A DNA stretch of 38,449 nucleotides from an uncultured bacterium (lineage in GTDB: Bacteria; Caldisericota; Caldisericia; B22-G15), in NCBI GenBank assembly GCA_965612865.1, contig CBFDTJ010000006.1, forward strand, positions 1 through 38,449, given 5' to 3'. Shown in pieces: positions 17,402 through 25,342 of the stretch. Each line of letters begins with the position of its first letter. Position 1 is the stretch's first letter. The notes under the pieces were generated by a model. It made no database searches, had not been told where the DNA came from, and saw only the letters and a list, made by a program, of their open reading frames with translations. The translations under genes and the position numbers were made by a program.

Positions 17402-19618
17402 TTAACCTTCCCAATACCAGTAGTGTGCGTTGTATGTTGGGCAGATGCTTGAGGAAATTACGTAACCAAAGAATGCTCCCTCAAGACCTTTCTTCCATAC
17501 ATATGGATCTGTATACCAGGAAAGTGGAAGTATTGGATAATCTCTCTGAACAAGATCCTGTGCCTCATAGTAAGCATCTCTTCTCTTAACTTCGTCAAGC
17601 TCTGTAAGTGAAATCTCATAGAGTTCTTCCATTCTTGGATTGTTGTATCTGCTGAAGTTTGCACCATTCCAGTTGTTCTCTTCAGTTGGAATCATGGAAG
17701 GAGCAAAGAATCCAAGCCAATCTTCTCCTGGAGCTCCAACCCATGCAAACTCACAGATCTGGTGCTTACCCTGAGGAATGTATGTGCCGAAGTAGTAAGA
17801 GGCCTGGAAGAACTTAGGAACTGCATCAACACCAATCTTCTTGAGCATTTCAACTTCAAGAGTTACTGATTCTTTTCTATCCTGTCTTGTGGTTGTGGAG
17901 ATTTCTACTGTTAGTTTCTTTCCATCTTTGTATCTGAATCCATCTGCTCCTACCTTCCAGCCTGCTTCATCAAGTAGTTTCTTTGCCTTCTCAGGATCAT
18001 ATCCACCAATCTTAATTCCTGGTTTCTCATTGAATGATCCTGGAATGATGAAGTTATCTGCAACTGGTCTTGTTCCAAAGTAAACCTTATCAATAATCTC
18101 CTTCTTATTGATTGCAAAGGATAATGCCTTTCTTACCTTCACATCAGAAAGGATTGGATCCTCAACGTTAAACTCCCAGTGCTCCCATGCTGTAGAAACA
18201 ATGTATCTTACATTAAGATTCTTTCCACCAGCTCTCTGAATTGACTTAATCTCCTTTGGTCCAAGACCAAAGAGAGAAACATCAGCGGCACCAGAAATCA
18301 TGTTCATCATAAGGGTATTTGAATCTGGGAAGAATTTGAAGATGAACTCATCAATGAGTGGCTTACCACCAAGCCAACCAATGTAGTATGGATTTGGAAC
18401 AAGAGTAATATGTGATCCTTCAACCCAGCTCTTTACCATGTATGGACCATCAGCTACTGGATACTTTGCATACTTTGTTGCTGTAATCTGTGCTGGATCA
18501 ATGTTTCCATATGCATGTTTTGGATAATAGGCAACACCTGCATAGTAGTATATTGTTGTTGTTTTCCAGTAAACAACAAGAGTGTAGTTATCCTTCCACT
18601 CAAGCTTTGCGATTTTATCATATGGATCTGTTGTCTGAAGGTTTGGAATCTTTCCAGATAAGATAAGATCAAATATTGCATAAGGAACATCCTCTTTATA
18701 ATTAACTGGCTTACCATCATTATACTTAAGACCAGGTCTTAAGTAGAATGTGGTCTTCATCTTCTTCTCGCCATTCTCTTCGTAAACCTTGAGAGTACCA
18801 TCTTTGAAGTTTGGAATATTAAGAACTGCTTCACCTGGATAGAGGGTTCCATCAGGATCTCTCCTTACAGCTCCTGCTTCAACCATGCTGAGTATTTCTG
18901 AAGCGGCAAGCATAGAGGTTGAAAGGCTGAAGAGTGTGTCAGGTTCCTGCTCAAGAGCTACAACAACTTTTCCTCCTCTCTTTGGAGGAGAAATAACTCC
19001 CTTATAAATTGAGTATGCACACTCTGCCCTTGTTGCAGGATCTCTTGGAGCAATTTTTCTTCCAGGTCTGAAATTAAGAACCTGAATGTCGGGTCTATAT
19101 GCAAGTGTTACAACACCAGCAGCCCATGCATCAACCTCATTTACTCCGTTTCCAAATACAACTGGTTTTGTGAACTTCTTTGCTTCGTCAGTCTTTCCAA
19201 GAACTGCGATCATGAGAGCAGCAAGTTCCTCTCTCTTTATTGGATTAGCTGGTTTAAATGTCCCATCCGGGTATCCCTTTACATATCCTGCCTTTACTGC
19301 TGTTTCAACAAATTTGTAAGACCATCTTGTTCTTGAAACGTCCTTAAATGTTGGTGTTGCAGGAGATACAAGTGTTAGCTTCTTTGCGAGAACTATCATT
19401 GTAGCGAACTGTTCACGAGTAACAGTTGCTTCAGGTTTAAATGTACCATCTGGAAATCCTTTAATGATTCCTTCCTCAACCATTCTGGTGATATACTTAT
19501 AGGCCCAGTGGTTTTCTGAAACATCCGGGAACTTACCCTGAGCATAAGCTCTTCCCCAGAGTCCCAAGCCAAATACCAAAAGCAGTGCCAAAGTCACTGC
19601 CAAGACTTTTCTAAACAT
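17402..19618 (-). CDS. oppA: Family-5 peptide ABC substrate-binding protein with three N-terminal SLH domains
   Basis: Signal peptide ending AYA-Q with no lipobox Cys; FPDV..HWAY..GIIKGFPDGTFKP..TREQ, second and third SLH (KREE, TRAE); SBP5 motifs GPYMVKSW, VRKALSFAINK, YDPEKAKKLLDEAGW. Confidence 0.9.
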   Translation of the reverse strand: MFRKVLAVTLALLLVFGLGLWGRAYAQGKFPDVSENHWAYKYITRMVEEGIIKGFPDGTFKPEATVTREQFATMIVLAKKLTLVSPATPTFKDVSRTRWSYKFVETAVKAGYVKGYPDGTFKPANPIKREELAALMIAVLGKTDEAKKFTKPVVFGNGVNEVDAWAAGVVTLAYRPDIQVLNFRPGRKIAPRDPATRAECAYSIYKGVISPPKRGGKVVVALEQEPDTLFSLSTSMLAASEILSMVEAGAVRRDPDGTLYPGEAVLNIPNFKDGTLKVYEENGEKKMKTTFYLRPGLKYNDGKPVNYKEDVPYAIFDLILSGKIPNLQTTDPYDKIAKLEWKDNYTLVVYWKTTTIYYYAGVAYYPKHAYGNIDPAQITATKYAKYPVADGPYMVKSWVEGSHITLVPNPYYIGWLGGKPLIDEFIFKFFPDSNTLMMNMISGAADVSLFGLGPKEIKSIQRAGGKNLNVRYIVSTAWEHWEFNVEDPILSDVKVRKALSFAINKKEIIDKVYFGTRPVADNFIIPGSFNEKPGIKIGGYDPEKAKKLLDEAGWKVGADGFRYKDGKKLTVEISTTTRQDRKESVTLEVEMLKKIGVDAVPKFFQASYYFGTYIPQGKHQICEFAWVGAPGEDWLGFFAPSMIPTEENNWNGANFSRYNNPRMEELYEISLTELDEVKRRDAYYEAQDLVQRDYPILPLSWYTDPYVWKKGLEGAFFGYVISSSICPTYNAHYWYWEG

Positions 19619-19680
19619 ACTTTACCCTCCTTTTTGTAAGGATTTTTAATTTTTGTTTTGAAAGGTGTTTTTTAACTGCT

Positions 19681-19691
19681 ATCACCTCCCT
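19681..19691 (-). promoter_or_regulatory. Orphan Shine-Dalgarno-like element near the 5' end of the oppA leader
   Basis: AGGGAGGTGAT with no suitably spaced ATG/GTG/TTG after it; the true SD AAGGAGGG is at 19632-19625. Confidence 0.55.
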
Positions 19692-19703
19692 TTTTTCTTT
19701 TAT

Positions 19704-19732
19704 ATTTTAAACCTAAAACATACTTTTGTCAA
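19704..19732 (-). promoter_or_regulatory. Near-consensus sigma70 promoter of the opp operon
   Basis: TTGACA (19732-19727), 17 bp, TAAAAT (19709-19704); the -35 overlaps the TGA stop of the upstream ATPase gene. Confidence 0.8.
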
Positions 19733-20898
19733 ATAGATAAAGAGAGGAAATCAACCACATCTTTAATTACTAATTTTCTATACTCTGATTCTGGAAATTT
19801 GTTAAAGAGCTTGGCCTGTCTTTCCTGAATTTCTCTTCCATATTTTACCTCTATTAGGGTTTTGTCAACCTTGAAATCTATCTCTACTCCATCCTCATAT
19901 ATATAACATGGATTTTTATCCTTTATCTTTAAGAAAACAAGGTTTTCGAACACAGAACCTTTATCTTTAAACCCAGTTATAAAATTTCTTATTCCCACAT
20001 CAACAATATATATCTTCTTTGGAGACTTAATTCGTTCATTGAGTTTGCCACACTTATCTACTGCATAGATTAAAAATGTATCCATAAAATATGAGAGATA
20101 TCTCCTTGAAGTATCAGGACTTATTCCAACAATTTTTGTTATCTTATTTATACTCAATCTCTTCCCAACTCTCTCCATCAGGATTTTAAAGTAATCCTTT
20201 ATAATATTAAGATCCTTAACATTGTGTAAAAGAGCAACATCTTTCATTATTATATCTTCAATGAGCGAATTTAAATAGGAGACATCTCCTGTAAGTACAT
20301 ACTCTGGCATTCCACCATCCATCATATAGTCTTCAAAGTATTTCTTAAAAAGATGGGAATCAGATTTTTTGATTTTTACATTTTTGAAAACGAGGTACTC
20401 ATTGAAGTCAAGAGGCAAAACTTCTATAATCCTCTCTCTTCCAATAAGATAGGATTTTCTACTCTTGATTATGGAAGATGAGGATGAGGAGGCATAAATT
20501 TTAACATTCTCAAAATCATAAAGATTCTTCAACTCTTGAGCAAAGTGCTCTTTATGAGCAACTTCGTCAAAAAAGAGGAAAATTTTCTCTTCTCTCTTTA
20601 ACCTATGTTCCTTCCTATACTCTTCAAGAATTTCATGTATGGTGTAATCTTCTAAGTTATAGGAGTCAAGGGAAACATATAGAATATGTTTAGGGTTAAC
20701 ACGCGTTAGTAGATAATTTATCATCATCTTAAATATAGTTGTCTTTCCAACTCTCCTTAAACCAATCAGGAAAATAATATCTCTGTTGTTTAGATTTTTT
20801 TTCAAAATGTCTAAATACTTATCTCTCTTTATAAACTTATAGGGAAAGGAACCTTCCCACCATGGATTCTGTTTATACAACTCCTCAATTATTCGCAT
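19729..20898 (-). CDS. AAA_14 ATPase with wHTH and DUF4143 PD-(D/E)xK-like domain (COG1373)
   Basis: QNPWW, Walker A GLRRVGKT, Walker B FFDEV, GGMPE, HTH LSINKITKIVGISPDTSRRYL, KKIYIVDVG, FENLV, EIDF...LIEVK. Confidence 0.88.
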   Translation of the reverse strand: MRIIEELYKQNPWWEGSFPYKFIKRDKYLDILKKNLNNRDIIFLIGLRRVGKTTIFKMMINYLLTRVNPKHILYVSLDSYNLEDYTIHEILEEYRKEHRLKREEKIFLFFDEVAHKEHFAQELKNLYDFENVKIYASSSSSSIIKSRKSYLIGRERIIEVLPLDFNEYLVFKNVKIKKSDSHLFKKYFEDYMMDGGMPEYVLTGDVSYLNSLIEDIIMKDVALLHNVKDLNIIKDYFKILMERVGKRLSINKITKIVGISPDTSRRYLSYFMDTFLIYAVDKCGKLNERIKSPKKIYIVDVGIRNFITGFKDKGSVFENLVFLKIKDKNPCYIYEDGVEIDFKVDKTLIEVKYGREIQERQAKLFNKFPESEYRKLVIKDVVDFLSLSI

Positions 20899-20911
20899 GT
20901 TAACCTCCTTT

Positions 20912-20995
20912 TATACGATGATATCATATAAAATATTGAATTTCTATATGATGCCATCGTATAGATTTTAAACTTTTATATGATGATATCATACA
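20912..20995. repeat. Three phased 19-bp palindromes, consensus TATAYGAT-N3-ATCRTAYA (putative operator array)
   Basis: TATACGATgatATCATATA 20912-20930; TATATGATgccATCGTATA 20945-20963; TATATGATgatATCATACA 20977-20995; periods 33 and 32 bp. Confidence 0.85.
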
Positions 20996-21002
20996 AAATA
21001 AA

Positions 21003-21017
21003 TGTTATAATTTATCC
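21003..21017 (+). promoter_or_regulatory. Extended -10 promoter giving a leaderless HIT mRNA
   Basis: TGtTATAAT (21003-21011), 6 nt, ATG 21018; no SD. Confidence 0.7.
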
Positions 21018-21512
21018 ATGAAAATTATATGGGCCCCCTGGAGAATTAAATATATTCTTGCGGCAAAGAGAAAAGAAAAGAAGGAATGTTTTATATGTGA
21101 TGCTGTAAAGAGTAATAATGATGAGGAGAACCTTGTTGTAAAAAAGGGAAACAAAGTTATAGTTATTATGAATAGATTTCCTTACAATCCCGGGCATATT
21201 ATGGTGTGTCCTAAAAGACATGTTAAATTTCCCTATGAATTAACAAAAGAGGAAAACCTGGAACTTATGAATACGCTCTCAGAAATGGTAAAACTTCTTA
21301 ACAAAGTCTTCTCTCCTGAAGGATTCAATATAGGTCTCAATATTGGAAGAGTTGCTGGTGCCGGTGAGGAGCATTTACACTTTCATATAGTACCAAGGTG
21401 GGGTGGAGATACAAACTTTATGCCAGTATTTTCTGAAACAAAGGTAATACCGGAATTTTTGCTGGATACTTATAAAAAACTGAGGGAGGCAATAGATGAG
21501 AGTAGTGGCTGA
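21018..21512 (+). CDS. HIT family nucleotide hydrolase/phosphorylase (Ap4A, FHIT-like)
   Basis: WAPWR, CFIC, NRFPYNPGHIMV, GFNIGLNIGRVAGAG, HLHFHIVPRW. Confidence 0.9.
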   Translation: MKIIWAPWRIKYILAAKRKEKKECFICDAVKSNNDEENLVVKKGNKVIVIMNRFPYNPGHIMVCPKRHVKFPYELTKEENLELMNTLSEMVKLLNKVFSPEGFNIGLNIGRVAGAGEEHLHFHIVPRWGGDTNFMPVFSETKVIPEFLLDTYKKLREAIDESSG

Positions 21513-22725
21513 TTTTCATATTCACTCAAAATACTCAAGGGCAACAAGTAAAAATATGGATGTGGAAAACATATCGAGATGGGCAAAGATAAAAGGTATT
21601 GATATAGTAGGAACAGGAGATTTTACTCATCCTGAATGGCTTAAAGAACTTAAAAACCACCTGAAGGAGGATGGAGAGGGTTTATACATCTATAATGGTG
21701 TTCACTTTGTGCTTTCCAGTGAAATCTCTTTAGTTTTTGCTCAAGGTGGAAAGACAAGAAAAGTTCATATATGTCTCATCTCTCCTTCCTTCAACGAAGT
21801 AGAGAAGATAAACAATGAACTTAGAAAATTTGGTGATCTATCAATAGATGGAAGGCCAACACTTCCACTTTCATGTAGAGAGCTTGTAAGGCTTGTAAAA
21901 GATGCCTCAAGTGACACCTTTATTTTTCCCGCCCACGCATGGACTCCGTGGTTTGGAATTTTTGGTTCCATGACTGGATTCGATTCCATTGAAGAAGCTT
22001 TCGGTAAAGAAACAGGGTATATTCATGCTTTAGAAACAGGTCTTTCATCAGATCCTCCTATGAACTGGATGGTATCAAATCTTGATAAATTCTCACTTGT
22101 ATCCAATTCAGATGCACATTCTCCTTCGCATCTTGGAAGAGAAGCAAATGTATTTGATATAGAATTTAATTTTTATGAAATGGTAGAAGCGATAAAAAGA
22201 AAAGATAAAAATAAGTTTTTATTCACTATAGAATTCTTCCCTGAAGAGGGAAAATACCACTATGACGGTCATAGGAAATGTGGGGTATCAATGAGTCCAA
22301 AGGAATCAAAAAAAATCAGAAATATATGTCCTGTTTGTGGAAGACCAATGACCCTTGGAGTTTTGCACAGGGTTTATGATTTGTCTGATAGGGAAGAGGG
22401 ATTCTCATCAGAAAGATTTATTCCTTTCAAGCGTCTTGTTCCTCTTCAAGAAATCATTGCCCAGACTATGGAAAAAGGAGTAGCCACAAAAGGGGTTCAG
22501 GATGAATACATGAAACTTATTCAGATATTTGAAACAGAGTTTAATGTACTTCTTTTCACACCTCTCTCTGAACTGGAAAAGAGAATGAACAAAAAAATAT
22601 TTTCTGCAATAAAAAACATGAGAGAGGGAAGGGTAAAGATAAAACCAGGATTTGATGGGGAGTATGGGAAAGTTTTAGTTGAGATAAATAAAGATGAAGA
22701 AAAACCTCCATCACTTTTTGGATAG
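21496..22725 (+). CDS. Endonuclease Q family (PHP domain, TIGR00375/YqxK-like)
   Basis: DFHIHSKYSRATS, GTGDFTHP, PAHAWTPW, ETGLSSD, SNSDAHS, GKYHYDGHRKC...CPVCG, PGFDGEYG. Confidence 0.88.
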   Translation: MRVVADFHIHSKYSRATSKNMDVENISRWAKIKGIDIVGTGDFTHPEWLKELKNHLKEDGEGLYIYNGVHFVLSSEISLVFAQGGKTRKVHICLISPSFNEVEKINNELRKFGDLSIDGRPTLPLSCRELVRLVKDASSDTFIFPAHAWTPWFGIFGSMTGFDSIEEAFGKETGYIHALETGLSSDPPMNWMVSNLDKFSLVSNSDAHSPSHLGREANVFDIEFNFYEMVEAIKRKDKNKFLFTIEFFPEEGKYHYDGHRKCGVSMSPKESKKIRNICPVCGRPMTLGVLHRVYDLSDREEGFSSERFIPFKRLVPLQEIIAQTMEKGVATKGVQDEYMKLIQIFETEFNVLLFTPLSELEKRMNKKIFSAIKNMREGRVKIKPGFDGEYGKVLVEINKDEEKPPSLFG

Positions 22726-23218
22726 GATATTTATAGAAGGAAAAAGGGTATCTATAGATAGCATCCGCGTATTCAATCCAAAGAAGGTTAAGTTTTCAAT
22801 TAAAAATGTATTTAAATGTCAATTTGGTTGTCCAATGTACAACAAAAGACTCTCATGCCCACCATTTATCCCTTCTTACACTGAATTTAAAAAACTATTT
22901 AAAAGCTACAGACTCGGATTGCTGATATCTTTTAATTTAGAAGCAAACAATGAGAGGGAATTTGTATTAAAGAAGAGAGAGATTGAAGAGTTCCTTCTCA
23001 TATCAGAGAAAATTCTACTCCCTCAATTCCATTTTGCCTTCTCTCTGTTTCCGGGAAGTTGTGAACTCTGTGAGGTGTGTGAATTTGAAAAAAGTGGGAA
23101 GTGTCCGAAAACAGAAAAAGTAAGACCCTCTATATCTGGAACCGGTCTCGATATTAATTCTATTCATAAAATTAATTTTAAAGAAAATACTATTTACTCC
23201 ATTATTCTTGTTTTTTAA
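22694..23218 (+). CDS. Cys-rich predicted metal-binding protein, DUF2284 family
   Basis: CQFGCPMYNKRLSCPP and GSCELCEVC......CP....RPSISGTGLDI. Confidence 0.75.
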   Translation: MKKNLHHFLDRIFIEGKRVSIDSIRVFNPKKVKFSIKNVFKCQFGCPMYNKRLSCPPFIPSYTEFKKLFKSYRLGLLISFNLEANNEREFVLKKREIEEFLLISEKILLPQFHFAFSLFPGSCELCEVCEFEKSGKCPKTEKVRPSISGTGLDINSIHKINFKENTIYSIILVF

Positions 23219-24365
23219 AAATTGATTTTAAAAGAAGAATCTTTCTCTCCCCAAACTTCTCCTTTATCTTATCTATAGTCCTTAAAAATTTATCATCTGT
23301 CTCATCTTTAGAAAACAAAGAGGTATCAAAACTTTCATTCATAAGAGATGAAGCTGTTACACCAAGGAGTCTTACAGGTTTCTTTTCTATTCTTTCTCTT
23401 AAAAGAGAGATTGATTCTTTTAAGATGTCGCTATCTGAATTTATAGGAATAGGTAATTTTCTTTGGTGGGTAATGGTTTTAAAATCATTATATCTAATGG
23501 TAATTTTTATGGTTTTCGTTGAAAAGTTCTCTTTTCTCAATCTATTTCCCACTTCCTCTGATAACAAAGATAGAATACTTTCCATAAATTTTATATCTGT
23601 TGTATCTTCTTCAAGGGTAACTCTTGAACTTATGGATTTTGGAGGAGACTCTCTGAAATTTATTTCCTCATCTCCTTTAGCTTCCTTTATCATTAATAGG
23701 AATTTAGAGAAAGCTGGCTTAAAATTCCTCACCAAATCCTCATATGTAAACTTCCTTAGATCAGAAACTTTCTCTACGCCAAAATTTTTTAGGATTCTTA
23801 CACTTTTCGGTCCTATCCCGGGTATTTTCTCTATGGGGAGGGGATAATAGTATTTTTCAAGGTCATCTTTTTTTATTTCAAGTAGTCCATCTGGTTTCGA
23901 AAGCTCTGTGGCTAACTTTGCAAGAAGTTTGTTATAACTTATACCAACTGAACAGGTAATGCTGAACTTCTCCTTTATAGCGCTCTTAATCTTCCTTCCA
24001 ATTGACACAGCACCTCCAAAAATCTCCTCAGTTTCAGTTACATCGAGGTATGCTTCATCTATGCTTCTTACTTCTATTTTGTCTGTAAAACCCGATAAAA
24101 TCTCCATAATTTTGTGGGATATTTCATTGTAGAGGGAAAAGTTGCCTCTTATAACAATAAGGTTCTTACATAATCTTTTAGCCTTTTTAAGGGGCATTGC
24201 TGAGTGAATCCCATATTTTCTTGCCTCATAGGATGCAGTGGACACAACTCCCCTCTCACTCATAGAATTCGTTACAACAATGGGTTTTCCCTTCAAAGAT
24301 GGATTCCTAACTACTTCAACGGATGCAAAGAAAGCATCCATATCAACGTGGAGTATCTTCCTCAT
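23202..24365 (-). CDS. dinB: DNA polymerase IV (start at ATG 24365)
   Basis: ILHVDMDAFFASVE, SYEARKYGI, SIDEAYLD, KLLAKLA..KPDG, IPGIG, VRLLGV. Confidence 0.95.
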   Translation of the reverse strand: MRKILHVDMDAFFASVEVVRNPSLKGKPIVVTNSMSERGVVSTASYEARKYGIHSAMPLKKAKRLCKNLIVIRGNFSLYNEISHKIMEILSGFTDKIEVRSIDEAYLDVTETEEIFGGAVSIGRKIKSAIKEKFSITCSVGISYNKLLAKLATELSKPDGLLEIKKDDLEKYYYPLPIEKIPGIGPKSVRILKNFGVEKVSDLRKFTYEDLVRNFKPAFSKFLLMIKEAKGDEEINFRESPPKSISSRVTLEEDTTDIKFMESILSLLSEEVGNRLRKENFSTKTIKITIRYNDFKTITHQRKLPIPINSDSDILKESISLLRERIEKKPVRLLGVTASSLMNESFDTSLFSKDETDDKFLRTIDKIKEKFGERKILLLKSIFKKQE

Positions 24366-25260
24366 CTGAGAAAATTTTATACTCAATTATTTGTTCTTCG
24401 GGTAGCAACGGAATCTTTATATAAAATGAAAATGTATCAAGAATAGCTTTAAGTGGCGCTAAACCTATGAGTTCACTCTCCTTTATGCTCGTTCCATATC
24501 TTTCTGCTTCCATCTTTACAATTTCATAAACTCTATAGATTGGCGCTTTTTTAAAATTAAGTATGTTCATGGAAACCTGCGCACAATTCTTTTCCTCAAT
24601 ATAGAAACCTTTAGCCTGAATGTATCTTAAGCCACCGGAAGATTCCCTTATTGACTTTGCAATCTTTTTTGCTATTTCTACATCAGGAGTGTTGAGATTA
24701 ATGTTAAATGCAATAAGAAAATCCCTAACCCCTATTACAGTAGCTCCTGCAGTTTTATGGGGAACATTATCTCCTATATCTGGATACCACTCCTTGTCCT
24801 TCATCTTCTCAGAAAGTCCCTCAAACTCTCCTTTCCTTATATTTGGGAGTTTCTCCCTCTCCGGTTTTGTAGCAGAATAGGCATAGAAATATATGGGTAC
24901 TTTAAGCTCATTCCAGATTCTTTCTCCCAATTTTTTAGCATACTCGTTCAATTCTTTTTTTGTTATTCCCTTTATTGGAACAAGGGGTATAACATCCACA
25001 GCGCCGATCCTTGGATGCTCTCCCTTATGAGCCCTCAAATCAATCAATTCCACAGATTTCTTGGTGAAATCAAAGAGAGCGTCTAAAACCTTTTCAGGTT
25101 CACCAGCAATTGTTACTACACTTCTGTTATGATCTGGGTCCATGGAATAATTCAATACCTTAACACCATCTCTACCTTTTAAAACATTTACAATCTCCTC
25201 AACTACCTCTTTTCTTCTTCCTTCGCTTATGTTAGGGACAGATTCTATTATCCTTTTCAT
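24343..25260 (-). CDS. ftcD: Glutamate formimidoyltransferase (start ATG 25260, not 25608)
   Basis: ESVPNISEGR, DPDHNRSVVT, HKGEHPRIGAVDVIP, LIAFNINL, QVSMN, ESELIGL; SD GGAGG upstream of 25260. Confidence 0.92.
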   Translation of the reverse strand: MKRIIESVPNISEGRRKEVVEEIVNVLKGRDGVKVLNYSMDPDHNRSVVTIAGEPEKVLDALFDFTKKSVELIDLRAHKGEHPRIGAVDVIPLVPIKGITKKELNEYAKKLGERIWNELKVPIYFYAYSATKPEREKLPNIRKGEFEGLSEKMKDKEWYPDIGDNVPHKTAGATVIGVRDFLIAFNINLNTPDVEIAKKIAKSIRESSGGLRYIQAKGFYIEEKNCAQVSMNILNFKKAPIYRVYEIVKMEAERYGTSIKESELIGLAPLKAILDTFSFYIKIPLLPEEQIIEYKIFSDEEDTPR

Positions 25261-25330
25261 CTTTACCTCCAAGTTTATTTTACATGAAAATAAACCGCTC
25301 AAAAAATTTTTAATAATGTAAAAAAAGAGA

Positions 25331-25342
25331 TATACTTTTAGT
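25331..25342 (+). promoter_or_regulatory. -10 element giving a leaderless patatin mRNA
   Basis: TATACT (25331-25336), 6 nt, ATG 25343; no SD. Confidence 0.6.

Noticed and set aside
20912..20995. Triple palindrome as a mini-CRISPR or guide-RNA array
   Set aside because: Spacers are only 13-14 nt and AT-rich, the repeats are non-identical 19-mers, and no cas or Nop-domain gene is in the window; an operator array fits better.
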